NCBI GenBank assembly: GCA_965248435.1
Contig: OZ252100.1
Location: forward strand, 1,184,001 to 1,248,000
Length of the DNA: 64,000 bases
Source of the DNA: Candidatus Latescibacterota bacterium
GTDB lineage: Bacteria; Latescibacterota; UBA2968; GCA-2709665
Direction of reading: 5' to 3'
Made by a program: the position numbers and the translations under genes. The notes below the pieces were generated by a model, which made no database searches, was not told the DNA's origin, and saw only the letters and a program-made list of their open reading frames with translations. Within the stretch, counting starts at the first letter, position 1. Each line of letters opens with the position of its first letter. This document shows, piece by piece, positions 55,022 to 64,000 of the stretch.

Positions 55022-58000
55022 TTAAGAAATCGCGCTGGGTTGCGACAGGACCACGGCCATTTCTCGATGCAGGGCCGTCCTTAGATCATCCAAGTAAGTA
55101 TAGAATAGCGGCACCACGAACAGCGTCAGGGGCGTCGCGCACAGCAAACCTCCCATCATCGCCCTACCCATAGAGGAATACGGAACGCCCATCAGCGTGT
55201 CCGAGGCAAGCGACATCGGCACGAGCCCGAACACGGTCGTGAAGGTCATCATCAGGATCGGACGGAACCGGCTAGTACCGGCCTCCAGGATCGACTCCAT
55301 CCGATCCTTGCCTTCAGTCCTCAGCCTGTTGACCACATCGACGAGCACGATTGCGTTATTCACCACGACCCCGATCAGCACGATGATCCCCACCTGGGCC
55401 ATCTTGTCCATCACAGTGTCGGTAAGGTAGAGCGTCCAGTAGACGCCCAGAAAGGCGAACGGGATGCAGAACAACACCGAAAACGGGAGAAGGAACGACT
55501 CGAACAGCACACCCATCAACAGGTAAACACACGTGATCGCCAGAATAACAGCGAACGCCATGGTCTGCTCCGACTCCTTGAATCTTGAATACCGCTCCCC
55601 CTTGTCCCAGGAATACCCTGGCGGCATCTTGAAATCCGCCATCACCCGGTCCACATCATCGTAGAGGCCCTTGAGGTTATCCTTGGTCGCATACATATCC
55701 AGTGTCAACTGAAGCTTCCCGCCAAACCGGTAAACCCTCATGTCTCCCTTTTTCACCCTAAATGACGCAAATGCTGAGAGTGGGATCCTCTCACCCAATT
55801 CCGAGGGAAAGGTTAAGTTCTTGAGTTGGTGCAGGCTCTGCCTGTTCAGCTTGTTCAAGTAGAGTCGCACCCGCATCTCCCGTGCGTCCGATCGGTAGCG
55901 AGGCAGGTCGACCCCAGCGTACTGGTAGGCAATGCTCTCGCTTACGAACTTAGGGGACACCCCAAATCTACTCATCCGCTTCCGGTCTAGGAGCACGAGA
56001 ACTTCGTCGTCTGCAGCCTCAGAATTACTCACTATGCTGGTGACCGAAGGAATGGTCCGAACCCGAAATGTTGCTTCCTTAAGCAGATTGTCCAGCATTT
56101 CAATATCCTCGCCCCTAAGGTTAATGCGCACGAACGTCCGGCCATATCTTCCCGATTGGTCGACATCGAAATCGTGCCCTACGAATTTGGGCATGGATTC
56201 TCTTATGTCCTTGATCACGGCCTTCCGGTTCATTGGACCAGCCAAGGGGTTGTCAGCCCAACTTCTGAGGCCCTTATATGCTTGATACCACCATTCGCGA
56301 TTCTCTTCTTCCTCCAGAATGACTTCGAAGAACAGACGGCTTCCCCCCATCGTTCGATACATAAACCTCACGGATTGAATACCGTAGGCCGCCTTCCTGC
56401 TCTCCAGAAAGTCCTCGATCTCGACACCGACGTCACTCAGCTCCTCCCAGCCCAGAAACTTCGGCGGATAGCCTGTAATACGTACGCTGCTGACCACACC
56501 TTGCAATAAATCCGTCTTCTTGACCTTTTCCATCGGATACAGCACCGTTGCAAACAGCGCGACGGCGATCAAAGCGACGTCTCGTCTATGTGTAAGTGCC
56601 CAGGCCAGGGCCTGATGATATCCCGTTCGGGCCCAACGGATCGACTTGGGATCCGCCTTCACCTCAGACCCACCGAACCGCTCTGCTGCCAGAGGGATGA
56701 AGATCAGGGCCACGAACAGAGAGCCCAGAAGAGCCGCGACAAAAGGCACACCGATCTTCGTCAGGAAGAATGAGAGATCCACATCTCCGCTCATCACCAT
56801 CAGGGGCAGAAATACGACCACCGTCGTGAGCGTGGCTGTCGTAATCGCCAGCCCCACCTCGCTCGCCCCGTTCACCGACGCAACGCGAGGGTTCGCCCCT
56901 TTCGCCCGCATCCGGTAGATGCTCTCGACGATCACGATCGCGTTGTCCACGACCATGCCTACAGCGATCATTAGCCCCATCATGGTCAGCAGGTTCAGAG
57001 ACCAATCCATAAAGTAGAGGACGGTGACGGCGATCATCACGCAGAGGGGAATGGCCAGAGTGATCAGCGCAGTCATTCGCGCAGAACGAAGGAAGAAAAG
57101 CAGTACCAGGGCCGCAAGCAGACCGCCCCAGAGGGCCGTATTCTGCAGATTCTCTATCGATTTCCGGATGAGATTTCCCTGGTTGTAAATGGTGCTGAAT
57201 TGGAAATCAGTATCTGCCTCAATCTCCATCAATTCCGCCTCCACCCGATCACACAACTCCACGATGTTGGCTTCCGACGCCCTGTGAACGCTGATGTAAA
57301 CTGCTGACTGTCCATCCATACGGAATTTCGCCATCTGCAACGGCACATCATAGACGACACTTGCGACCTCCTTCAGCCTGATGACACCGCCCGGCGCAGA
57401 GATCGCGAGGTTCTCTATTTCGTCTACGCTTTGGAAGCGTGCCACAGACCTAACATAGAACTTCCTTCCACCTTCATGAACGGTGCCACCGCTCATTTCA
57501 AAGTTGTCCGCCCTAAGTGTCCTCACAATTTCGTGTGTGGTCAAGCCTCGTGCCTGGAGCCGCTCCTGGTATACTGAGATCTTTATCACCTTCTTAGGAG
57601 GCCCATAGATCCTTATGCCCGCCACCCCATCAAGCCGCTCCAACCGCGGTTGCACCCACGTCTCTAAGGCGTAGTACATGTCTTCGGCATCTCGAGGAAC
57701 TGTGACATCCACCCCCAAGATTTGTTCGTCAGCATCCCGATCGTATTTGAAGACGAAGACATAGTGCCGTATTTCTTCAGGCAGCACTTGCTTCATACTC
57801 TCCACCCGATCAACAACCCTATTGTAAACGTCCGTCATATCGACGCCTCTTTGGAACACTAGCTCTGCGGAAGTTGCATACTTGTCGCTGCGTATTCGAA
57901 ATTTCTGAAGATTCTTCATGTTCCTGAAGTGCTCTGTCAGTGGTCGACCAATCAGCAAATCTTTTTCACGCGGCGAAATGTTAGGCTGAGTGGGGATATA

Positions 58001-58186
58001 GACATAGATTTGGGGGCCATCCAGGCCGGAGGCAAAGGCCCGTATCGGGATCCGGGAGTGCGAGACCAGGCCGATTCCCAATAAGGCCACTAAGCACATC
58101 GTCACCGTCACCGGACGGGTCAGGAAGATCCGAAGGAGCAAAGCGGAACCTCTGTTCAATTGTTCTGAGATAGTGCCACACTCCAA
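55022..58186 (-). CDS. RND efflux permease (AcrB/AcrD/AcrF family)
   Basis: RPVTV, GMVVDNAIVIVE, GVVVNNAIVLVD, RFRPILMMT; visibly more GC-rich than its neighbours. Confidence 0.95.
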   Translation of the reverse strand: MECGTISEQLNRGSALLLRIFLTRPVTVTMCLVALLGIGLVSHSRIPIRAFASGLDGPQIYVYIPTQPNISPREKDLLIGRPLTEHFRNMKNLQKFRIRSDKYATSAELVFQRGVDMTDVYNRVVDRVESMKQVLPEEIRHYVFVFKYDRDADEQILGVDVTVPRDAEDMYYALETWVQPRLERLDGVAGIRIYGPPKKVIKISVYQERLQARGLTTHEIVRTLRADNFEMSGGTVHEGGRKFYVRSVARFQSVDEIENLAISAPGGVIRLKEVASVVYDVPLQMAKFRMDGQSAVYISVHRASEANIVELCDRVEAELMEIEADTDFQFSTIYNQGNLIRKSIENLQNTALWGGLLAALVLLFFLRSARMTALITLAIPLCVMIAVTVLYFMDWSLNLLTMMGLMIAVGMVVDNAIVIVESIYRMRAKGANPRVASVNGASEVGLAITTATLTTVVVFLPLMVMSGDVDLSFFLTKIGVPFVAALLGSLFVALIFIPLAAERFGGSEVKADPKSIRWARTGYHQALAWALTHRRDVALIAVALFATVLYPMEKVKKTDLLQGVVSSVRITGYPPKFLGWEELSDVGVEIEDFLESRKAAYGIQSVRFMYRTMGGSRLFFEVILEEEENREWWYQAYKGLRSWADNPLAGPMNRKAVIKDIRESMPKFVGHDFDVDQSGRYGRTFVRINLRGEDIEMLDNLLKEATFRVRTIPSVTSIVSNSEAADDEVLVLLDRKRMSRFGVSPKFVSESIAYQYAGVDLPRYRSDAREMRVRLYLNKLNRQSLHQLKNLTFPSELGERIPLSAFASFRVKKGDMRVYRFGGKLQLTLDMYATKDNLKGLYDDVDRVMADFKMPPGYSWDKGERYSRFKESEQTMAFAVILAITCVYLLMGVLFESFLLPFSVLFCIPFAFLGVYWTLYLTDTVMDKMAQVGIIVLIGVVVNNAIVLVDVVNRLRTEGKDRMESILEAGTSRFRPILMMTFTTVFGLVPMSLASDTLMGVPYSSMGRAMMGGLLCATPLTLFVVPLFYTYLDDLRTALHREMAVVLSQPSAIS

Positions 58187-58365
58187 TTCTCACGATCCAA
58201 TATTTAGGAATTCGCACTTGCTATGGTGTCGCAAGTCGATCCGCCATTGTATGCGGCTGAGTGCCATCAGAATGACTATCGACATATCGATATCTTCCTC
58301 AGGAGCGAAACAGGTTGCTCAATCCGTTAGTTCTCTAGCCTAAGTAAATCACCAATTGCCGAAGA

Positions 58366-60771
58366 CTAGAGATCGGGTCTGAGAGTCAATGTGTGCGTAG
58401 TAGGCCCGGGAAGAAATGGCAGGGGATCTCCATGAACCCAACTGCTATGTTGGTCATTGTAGTTAGTAGAAAAAGGATGACCCGATTGTCCACAGGGCAT
58501 ATGTAGAATCCCATCTTCATGTTGCCCCGGGGAAACAACCAGGCGCTGAGATGCGCCAATAGATCCTCCGGAGTAGCGAATACTAAAAGGTCCTCCAGGA
58601 AGCGGATCCCGGGGCATGTTTAGAAGCTTTCCTAATACTGGAATGCCTCTTCCGAGAGGATGCGAGATCATAGCTCTATTCATAAGCCCCCAAGTTAGTT
58701 CGCCTAACGACCTAGCTTTGTAGTTCTTCCGTAGATCTTGGACAGCTTTCTCTAGTTTTCCGAGGACGAACGCGTCCCAATCGGGAAAGTGCTCTGGGTC
58801 CGGAAGAATCTCAGGAATCCTGTTAGTAAGCATCATGCGTAGAGGAGTCTCCTTGTTAGACCAAGCGTATGAAAATCTTCTATCTTTTTCTCTACATAGC
58901 AACAAAAATGGACCAAATACGTCATCTGCTAGAACCTCTCGAAACCGAACCAAAAGACCAAAGCCCACACTTTTCAAACCCGCTTTGCCATTCCATCCTT
59001 CAACATGCTTGCGTACTTTCCGCAACAGAGGCTTATCAGCAATCACCTCTTCAGTAAGAACATCTAGGGCCAACTGTCTGTAAAAATCGTAGAAGTCACT
59101 CGTAGTATCCAGCTGCAGTTGAAACATATCCTGTTCGGTGATCTGATCGGCTTCTTTGATCTTCTTACTTATTTGATGCGCTCGGTAGCTATAGTCGAAA
59201 TTATGGCCAATTACGTGCGGATAGTCCTTGCCTAAGGTACGATTATTTGCAGTAGTCAGAAAACCTGAAGGTGGATCAATTACCCTGGGCAATTCATCGG
59301 GTGGAATATAACCCTGCCATCCTATATCACCCTCGGACCAGGACTTGCTAAAAGCACCATCGAATCCATTCCTGATAGGAATTTTGCCACAATAGGTCCA
59401 AGCAATACGTCCAGTTTCATCCGCCAGGATGGCATTTAGAGGCGGTCCTTTGAATCGATTCATGACATACATAGCATCTTCAAGGGTCTTCGCCCGATTC
59501 ATGTGGTGCAAACCAATGTCAACTGCAGTGGGATCAAGGGCTGTCCAATGCAGGGCAACCGGTTGGCCCATGAGTGGAATTTCACTAACAGGTCCCCAGA
59601 TCGTGAGTCTTATGTCTTGAATCACATCTGCATCATCTTTGACTTTAATGATTTCTTGCGAAATTCCAAACCGTTTCCAGCCATGGCGAGTTTTGTATTC
59701 CTCTGGATTCTTAGGATTGATCTCCAGCCGGACAAAATCAAGAAAATCACCACCTATATTGGTAAATCCCCAAGCCACATGCCCGTTCGATCCGGCAACC
59801 ACAAGGGGAATGCCGGGTATAAGTACACCCGAGATTGCAATACCTTCGTATTGAATCGTAGCTCTGTACCATATATTCGGCACAGAGAGAGTCAAGTGCA
59901 TATCATTGGCCAGGATCGCCCTCCCATCTAGCGTTTTCGATTTATCAACCGCCCAGTTGTTGGAGCCTACAATGAATTCCTCTGTATGACCGAGTGTTGT
60001 TGTCCCCTCACCTTTCTGGTGTGACATTCGGCGAATCAAAGCCATCGACTCAACAGGAATAGGCCTAATCGGGCGATGTGACTCATTCCCCCCCAAGAGA
60101 ACAATTGTGTGCTCATCTGTATCAGGCGTCAGAAAGGCAACGACCTCTGGCGGCAGGACCTCCTCCATTATCGTCATCATCCTCTCATCTTGAGCCCCCC
60201 CGTTTAGTCTTTGAAACATATTCAGCTCCAATAGGATGCTGTCTTCTATTGTCCAAGGCTCTGGACGATACCGCAACAGGAGGAATTCAACAGGTGGAGT
60301 ATCCATTTGTTCCATGAAGGAATTCACTCCCTCAGTATAAGCTTGCAGCACTTCCTCCTGGTCCTTCGGGAGATGGGCAATAATGGCTTTTGCCACGCCT
60401 CTAAATCCCAATACTCTTTGCCTCTTATCGCTCCTTACTGCGGCTTTACCGATGACTTCAGAAAGACGACCGCCACTCAGGCGACGAGCTAAATCCATCT
60501 GGGAAAGACGATCTCGTGCGGTAACGTAGCCTAAAGCCCGAACAGCATCCAGATATGACTGGGCCTTAATAGTTGGAATTCCGTACCGATCTGACACCAC
60601 AGTGACAGGCAAGGACAGCATAGATAACCGCTGTTCGCCATCCAAGACAGGAAGAGAAGTATAGAGCATGACTCCTACAAAGATTCCTGCTCCCATCACA
60701 ATCAGAAGAAGAGCTAGGAACGAATAGGCAATGCCTTTAAAGATTCCTGTTCTCTTTTTAGGACCCATCAA
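58366..60771 (-). CDS. Penicillin acylase family (Ntn hydrolase, peptidase S45)
   Basis: DRYGIPTI, ARDRLSQMD, GSNNWAV nucleophile, LANDMHL, TANNR, GQSGHP. Confidence 0.95.
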   Translation of the reverse strand: MMGPKKRTGIFKGIAYSFLALLLIVMGAGIFVGVMLYTSLPVLDGEQRLSMLSLPVTVVSDRYGIPTIKAQSYLDAVRALGYVTARDRLSQMDLARRLSGGRLSEVIGKAAVRSDKRQRVLGFRGVAKAIIAHLPKDQEEVLQAYTEGVNSFMEQMDTPPVEFLLLRYRPEPWTIEDSILLELNMFQRLNGGAQDERMMTIMEEVLPPEVVAFLTPDTDEHTIVLLGGNESHRPIRPIPVESMALIRRMSHQKGEGTTTLGHTEEFIVGSNNWAVDKSKTLDGRAILANDMHLTLSVPNIWYRATIQYEGIAISGVLIPGIPLVVAGSNGHVAWGFTNIGGDFLDFVRLEINPKNPEEYKTRHGWKRFGISQEIIKVKDDADVIQDIRLTIWGPVSEIPLMGQPVALHWTALDPTAVDIGLHHMNRAKTLEDAMYVMNRFKGPPLNAILADETGRIAWTYCGKIPIRNGFDGAFSKSWSEGDIGWQGYIPPDELPRVIDPPSGFLTTANNRTLGKDYPHVIGHNFDYSYRAHQISKKIKEADQITEQDMFQLQLDTTSDFYDFYRQLALDVLTEEVIADKPLLRKVRKHVEGWNGKAGLKSVGFGLLVRFREVLADDVFGPFLLLCREKDRRFSYAWSNKETPLRMMLTNRIPEILPDPEHFPDWDAFVLGKLEKAVQDLRKNYKARSLGELTWGLMNRAMISHPLGRGIPVLGKLLNMPRDPLPGGPFSIRYSGGSIGASQRLVVSPGQHEDGILHMPCGQSGHPFSTNYNDQHSSWVHGDPLPFLPGPTTHTLTLRPDL

Positions 60772-61213
60772 TTACCCCCCAAGACAAACCATAGCGGCAC
60801 CGATTGAGAGACGCTACTCGTCTTGCCAAATTACAAGCGAAAAGGGTGTTGCTCAGGAGACCCAAGCATCTAGGGCGCTGAGCTGAGATGCACGAACACG
60901 TCGTCCACCGGATTGGTGGTAGACCGGTAGGGAAATTGTACCCGGATAGACGGAAATAAGGCTGGACTCTAAGTAAGATTTATAAAAGAGGAACGATCCG
61001 ACCAAGACCTTGGTTTGCAGCAAGCCTCCAATGGAGTTGCCTTCAATCCATATTCTCAAGCAGTGTATGCAAGTATTTCAGATTGATGATTTCCCTAAAG
61101 ATCTATCAGCGTTCCGAGGCGACAAATGAGAAACACTCTATCTACAATGATCCACACTGCAGCTATGGAAGCAGGCAAAGTGATCGCCACTTGATAATCC
61201 AAGTTTCCAGAAC

Positions 61214-63949
61214 TTATAGGAAGTATGCAATGAAAGCGTCAAGTGATTCAACATAGCACTGAAGTCCGTACTCCCTAGTAGAGCTTCGGAATTGCCCCTT
61301 AAAGCCCAAGCCAAGAATCATTTCGAGCTTGCCTTCATCTAGCCAGACCTTGTTTGCAAAAGCGAATGGTTTTCCCATTACTGTTCCAACAGGCCACGAA
61401 ACCGGCTCCTCAATCAACCGAATCGATATATCGTCCGAAGAGTCATTGCTTGTGCACAAACCTTGATCACTATGCGGCACTAATATAGAGTTGTAGCGGG
61501 CCTGGCAATGCGAGAATCCTGTGAGTTTCTCAGCAACTTCTCTATCCTCGCTCATATAGCGCAACAAAGTGTAGCCAATACCCATATTAGGAACACGCCG
61601 GATCCTATCTGCGACCCTCTCTAGCGTCTCCCTCTGATTGATCATTTCTCCTAGATCCAATAGCAGAGGAACCTCAAATACGAAGAGACCTACAGTTCGG
61701 GACAAGTCAACTTCATCGAAAATAGGATCTCTCCCGTGATGAATTTTCTCAATCAGTACAGTATTGTGCTCGCTCCATCTAGCGACAGTCTGGGCAAGAA
61801 TCGTCAGCAGCACCTCATTGATGTTGCTGTGCAATGCCCTGACGACCCTAAATAGATTTCGGGTTCTCTCTGGAGAAAGCGTCAGCCGTGCGAGAATAGC
61901 TGTCCCATAATCAATTTGATCGTTGTCAGTACACTCCACTGGAAGTGGTCTGATTTCACTCAAAGACAAATTCATCCAATAGTCGACCTCTTGTTGAAAC
62001 TCATCTGACCGAACATACGTCCTCAGGCGTTCAGCCCAATACTTGAACGATGTCGTCTTGGACGGCAACTGGATAGGTTCTCCCTGGATGAGCTGCGAAC
62101 AAACCATCTCGAAATCCTCCCTCAGGATTTCATAAGACAGACCTTCTGACACTATATGGTTGATGGCCATTAGCAACCTTTTATCTTTCCCCCGCTCAAC
62201 AATAGTAGCATTAAACAAAGGTCCCTTCGACAAATTTATGTGGCTCTTAATATCTTCTTGTAGCACATCAGTCACCATCTCCTCGGCCTTCTGATTCACA
62301 GATATCTCAGATAGATCCACCCATTGACAAGGTAATCTCCGACCGATGTCGCCAATCGACTGCTGCCAGCCAGACTCATTGCGGACAAAGCTTGTTCGTA
62401 GTGCATCATGGTGCGCAAACAACTGCTGAGTGATCTTCTCCAAATGAATCGGTCTGAAGCCCCGGGGCATATCAAATGTGTGTTGAATAGTACCATAGTA
62501 TCCATAGTCGTACTCAAGTCCAAATAGTTCCAAAGTCTGGTATTGTCGAGGTAACATAGGTACAGGCCCAGCAACTATTCCTTGCTCAGCATCTATTGTT
62601 GAACCCTCTTCTCGCTGCTTAGCTAGTTCGGCGATAGTCTGATGTACGAAGAACTGTTTAGCACTGAACCGAAGATCACACCGACGAGCTTTGGCAACGC
62701 ACCGCATAATGAGCAGAGAATCGCCACCTAGCTCGAAGAAATTGTCGTGAATACCAATCTGTTCAATCCCGAGCACGTCTTGCCAAATGCTTACGAGGGT
62801 TTTCTGTACCTCACTATCGGGACCGACATACACACTGTTCATCTCCGCCGGGCGGGCGTACCTTGCTCTCGACGAAGACTCACTTTCTAAGCTTTCTAAA
62901 GTGCTTGATCCAAGCTTATTCAACTCGAACGATACAGCAGATCCATTTTTGCACAATTGAAGCAATGCATTGGCAGTCTCCTCTTCTCTATCGGCTAATC
63001 TTTCAATTCTCTCAGAAACTCTACCTCTTAGATCCTCATTACTGGGCATCAAGGAGGCTTTCATCAACAAGCTTCGAATTAAACTCCATTCTCTGCCCAG
63101 TGCTTCAAGACCTTGGGATATTTCTTGAAATTCTAAAATTTGATGCTCTTCAACTAAATACTGAAGCAATCTGGCGAATTGATAACGCCCTTGACTAACA
63201 CGCATCAAATTGCTAAACAGAGGGACAAAAAAGTATCTTGAGTGTCCACTCGTTTCAATTTCAAGATCTAGGGACTTCGATACGCTATGACCAAAACATT
63301 TCATCAATGAAAAGACACTGTCAGAATCAAGCGCCTTAAGGCGCAGAAGGGCATCCTCGACAATCTTTCGTCCATCCACCTCGTTTGATCTGTCACTTCC
63401 TACCAGCCTCAACGTTGTATAGAGGTCCCACCTTTCACTTATGAGTTCTTCAACAGATGACCTTTCTGCTTTGTCATTGAAGTCACTATGGTTATCATCA
63501 ACATCTCGATTGTAGCTGAGATAATGGACCGCCTTTTCACTTTTAATGAATCCCTCTATTAGAATGTCTTTACTGCTTGGTTCCGTGATGTCACGATGTT
63601 TAGTGATCTGAAGAGGTTTGTTAAGTTGGGCGAGCCTGATTGGATATCCAGCCAGTAGTTCACTGTGAATAATAGTTGAAAGTTCTGTGTTATCTGAGAT
63701 GTGTTTCTGGATTAGCCTTACTCCATGATATTTCTCCAAAAGCCCCCACCGGTCTCCTATTCCTGCTTTGATCTGCTCTCCAGTTATGTGTTCGCTTCTC
63801 GGATTCTCCAGGCCAAATCCCCAAGATTCCCCATACATCAGTTCATGTCTCCGTCCCAGCCACGAAAGTACTGAGACAACCATGTCTTCAGAACAGTTTC
63901 TTGATTCCCTTTCGTAAAGGAGCTTGAGATCCAGTAGTATCTCATCCAT
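61214..63949 (-). CDS. BtrH-like N-terminal domain fused to an NRPS carrier (PCP) and a condensation/epimerisation domain
   Basis: N-terminal NCSED...ESWGF; PCP IHDNFFELGGDSL; HHDALR, NHIVSEGLS, HGRD, SRTVGLF and VPNMGIGY E-domain motifs. Confidence 0.8.
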   Translation of the reverse strand: MDEILLDLKLLYERESRNCSEDMVVSVLSWLGRRHELMYGESWGFGLENPRSEHITGEQIKAGIGDRWGLLEKYHGVRLIQKHISDNTELSTIIHSELLAGYPIRLAQLNKPLQITKHRDITEPSSKDILIEGFIKSEKAVHYLSYNRDVDDNHSDFNDKAERSSVEELISERWDLYTTLRLVGSDRSNEVDGRKIVEDALLRLKALDSDSVFSLMKCFGHSVSKSLDLEIETSGHSRYFFVPLFSNLMRVSQGRYQFARLLQYLVEEHQILEFQEISQGLEALGREWSLIRSLLMKASLMPSNEDLRGRVSERIERLADREEETANALLQLCKNGSAVSFELNKLGSSTLESLESESSSRARYARPAEMNSVYVGPDSEVQKTLVSIWQDVLGIEQIGIHDNFFELGGDSLLIMRCVAKARRCDLRFSAKQFFVHQTIAELAKQREEGSTIDAEQGIVAGPVPMLPRQYQTLELFGLEYDYGYYGTIQHTFDMPRGFRPIHLEKITQQLFAHHDALRTSFVRNESGWQQSIGDIGRRLPCQWVDLSEISVNQKAEEMVTDVLQEDIKSHINLSKGPLFNATIVERGKDKRLLMAINHIVSEGLSYEILREDFEMVCSQLIQGEPIQLPSKTTSFKYWAERLRTYVRSDEFQQEVDYWMNLSLSEIRPLPVECTDNDQIDYGTAILARLTLSPERTRNLFRVVRALHSNINEVLLTILAQTVARWSEHNTVLIEKIHHGRDPIFDEVDLSRTVGLFVFEVPLLLDLGEMINQRETLERVADRIRRVPNMGIGYTLLRYMSEDREVAEKLTGFSHCQARYNSILVPHSDQGLCTSNDSSDDISIRLIEEPVSWPVGTVMGKPFAFANKVWLDEGKLEMILGLGFKGQFRSSTREYGLQCYVESLDAFIAYFL

Positions 63950-64000
63950 CGAAATTTCCTCTAGGCCTGATTCGGTCGCTCGTCAAAGGCAGCAACAACA

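Noticed and set aside
58220-58335. Additional attC-like ends (GCGGCTGAG, CCGTTAG) between the RND and acylase genes
   Set aside because: No matching RYYYAAC inverse core or convincing dyad.
1-64000. CRISPR array, rRNA or intact tRNA genes
   Set aside because: No regularly spaced repeat-spacer array and no recognisable rRNA or cloverleaf seen by eye.

Overview
This 64-kb window has no housekeeping, rRNA, tRNA or CRISPR loci. It reads as a mosaic accessory or mobile region with two alternating kinds of DNA. (1) Segments that look archaeal (Woesearchaeota/Pacearchaeota-like) at about 0.7-2.7, 9.6-22.2, 39.9-44.0 and 53.2-53.8 kb. These carry BRE-TATA promoters about 30 nt upstream of apparently leaderless starts, and an integrative-element module: OB-fold protein, N6-methylase-like protein, AbrB/PIN toxin-antitoxin, DUF2958, RadC, a tyrosine integrase with a Zn ribbon and a HerA-like ATPase-nuclease. 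They also encode Cys-rich surface proteins. (2) Bacterial-type segments. These include a 13-kb minus-strand signalling island (cNMP protein, FapA, hybrid PAS kinase, nine receiver domains, MerR with its operator, HU/IHF) punctuated by repeated sigma28/sigma70-type promoter-hairpin elements. There are also lipoproteins and a beta-barrel protein, a four-gene candidate defence locus (DUF6884, GIY-YIG-like, SIR2-kinase fusion, nucleoside deoxyribosyltransferase), an RND permease, a penicillin acylase and a BtrH-PCP-condensation fusion. Many genes carry single nonsense or frameshift lesions. All taxonomic and family calls come from my motif recognition, not from database searches.
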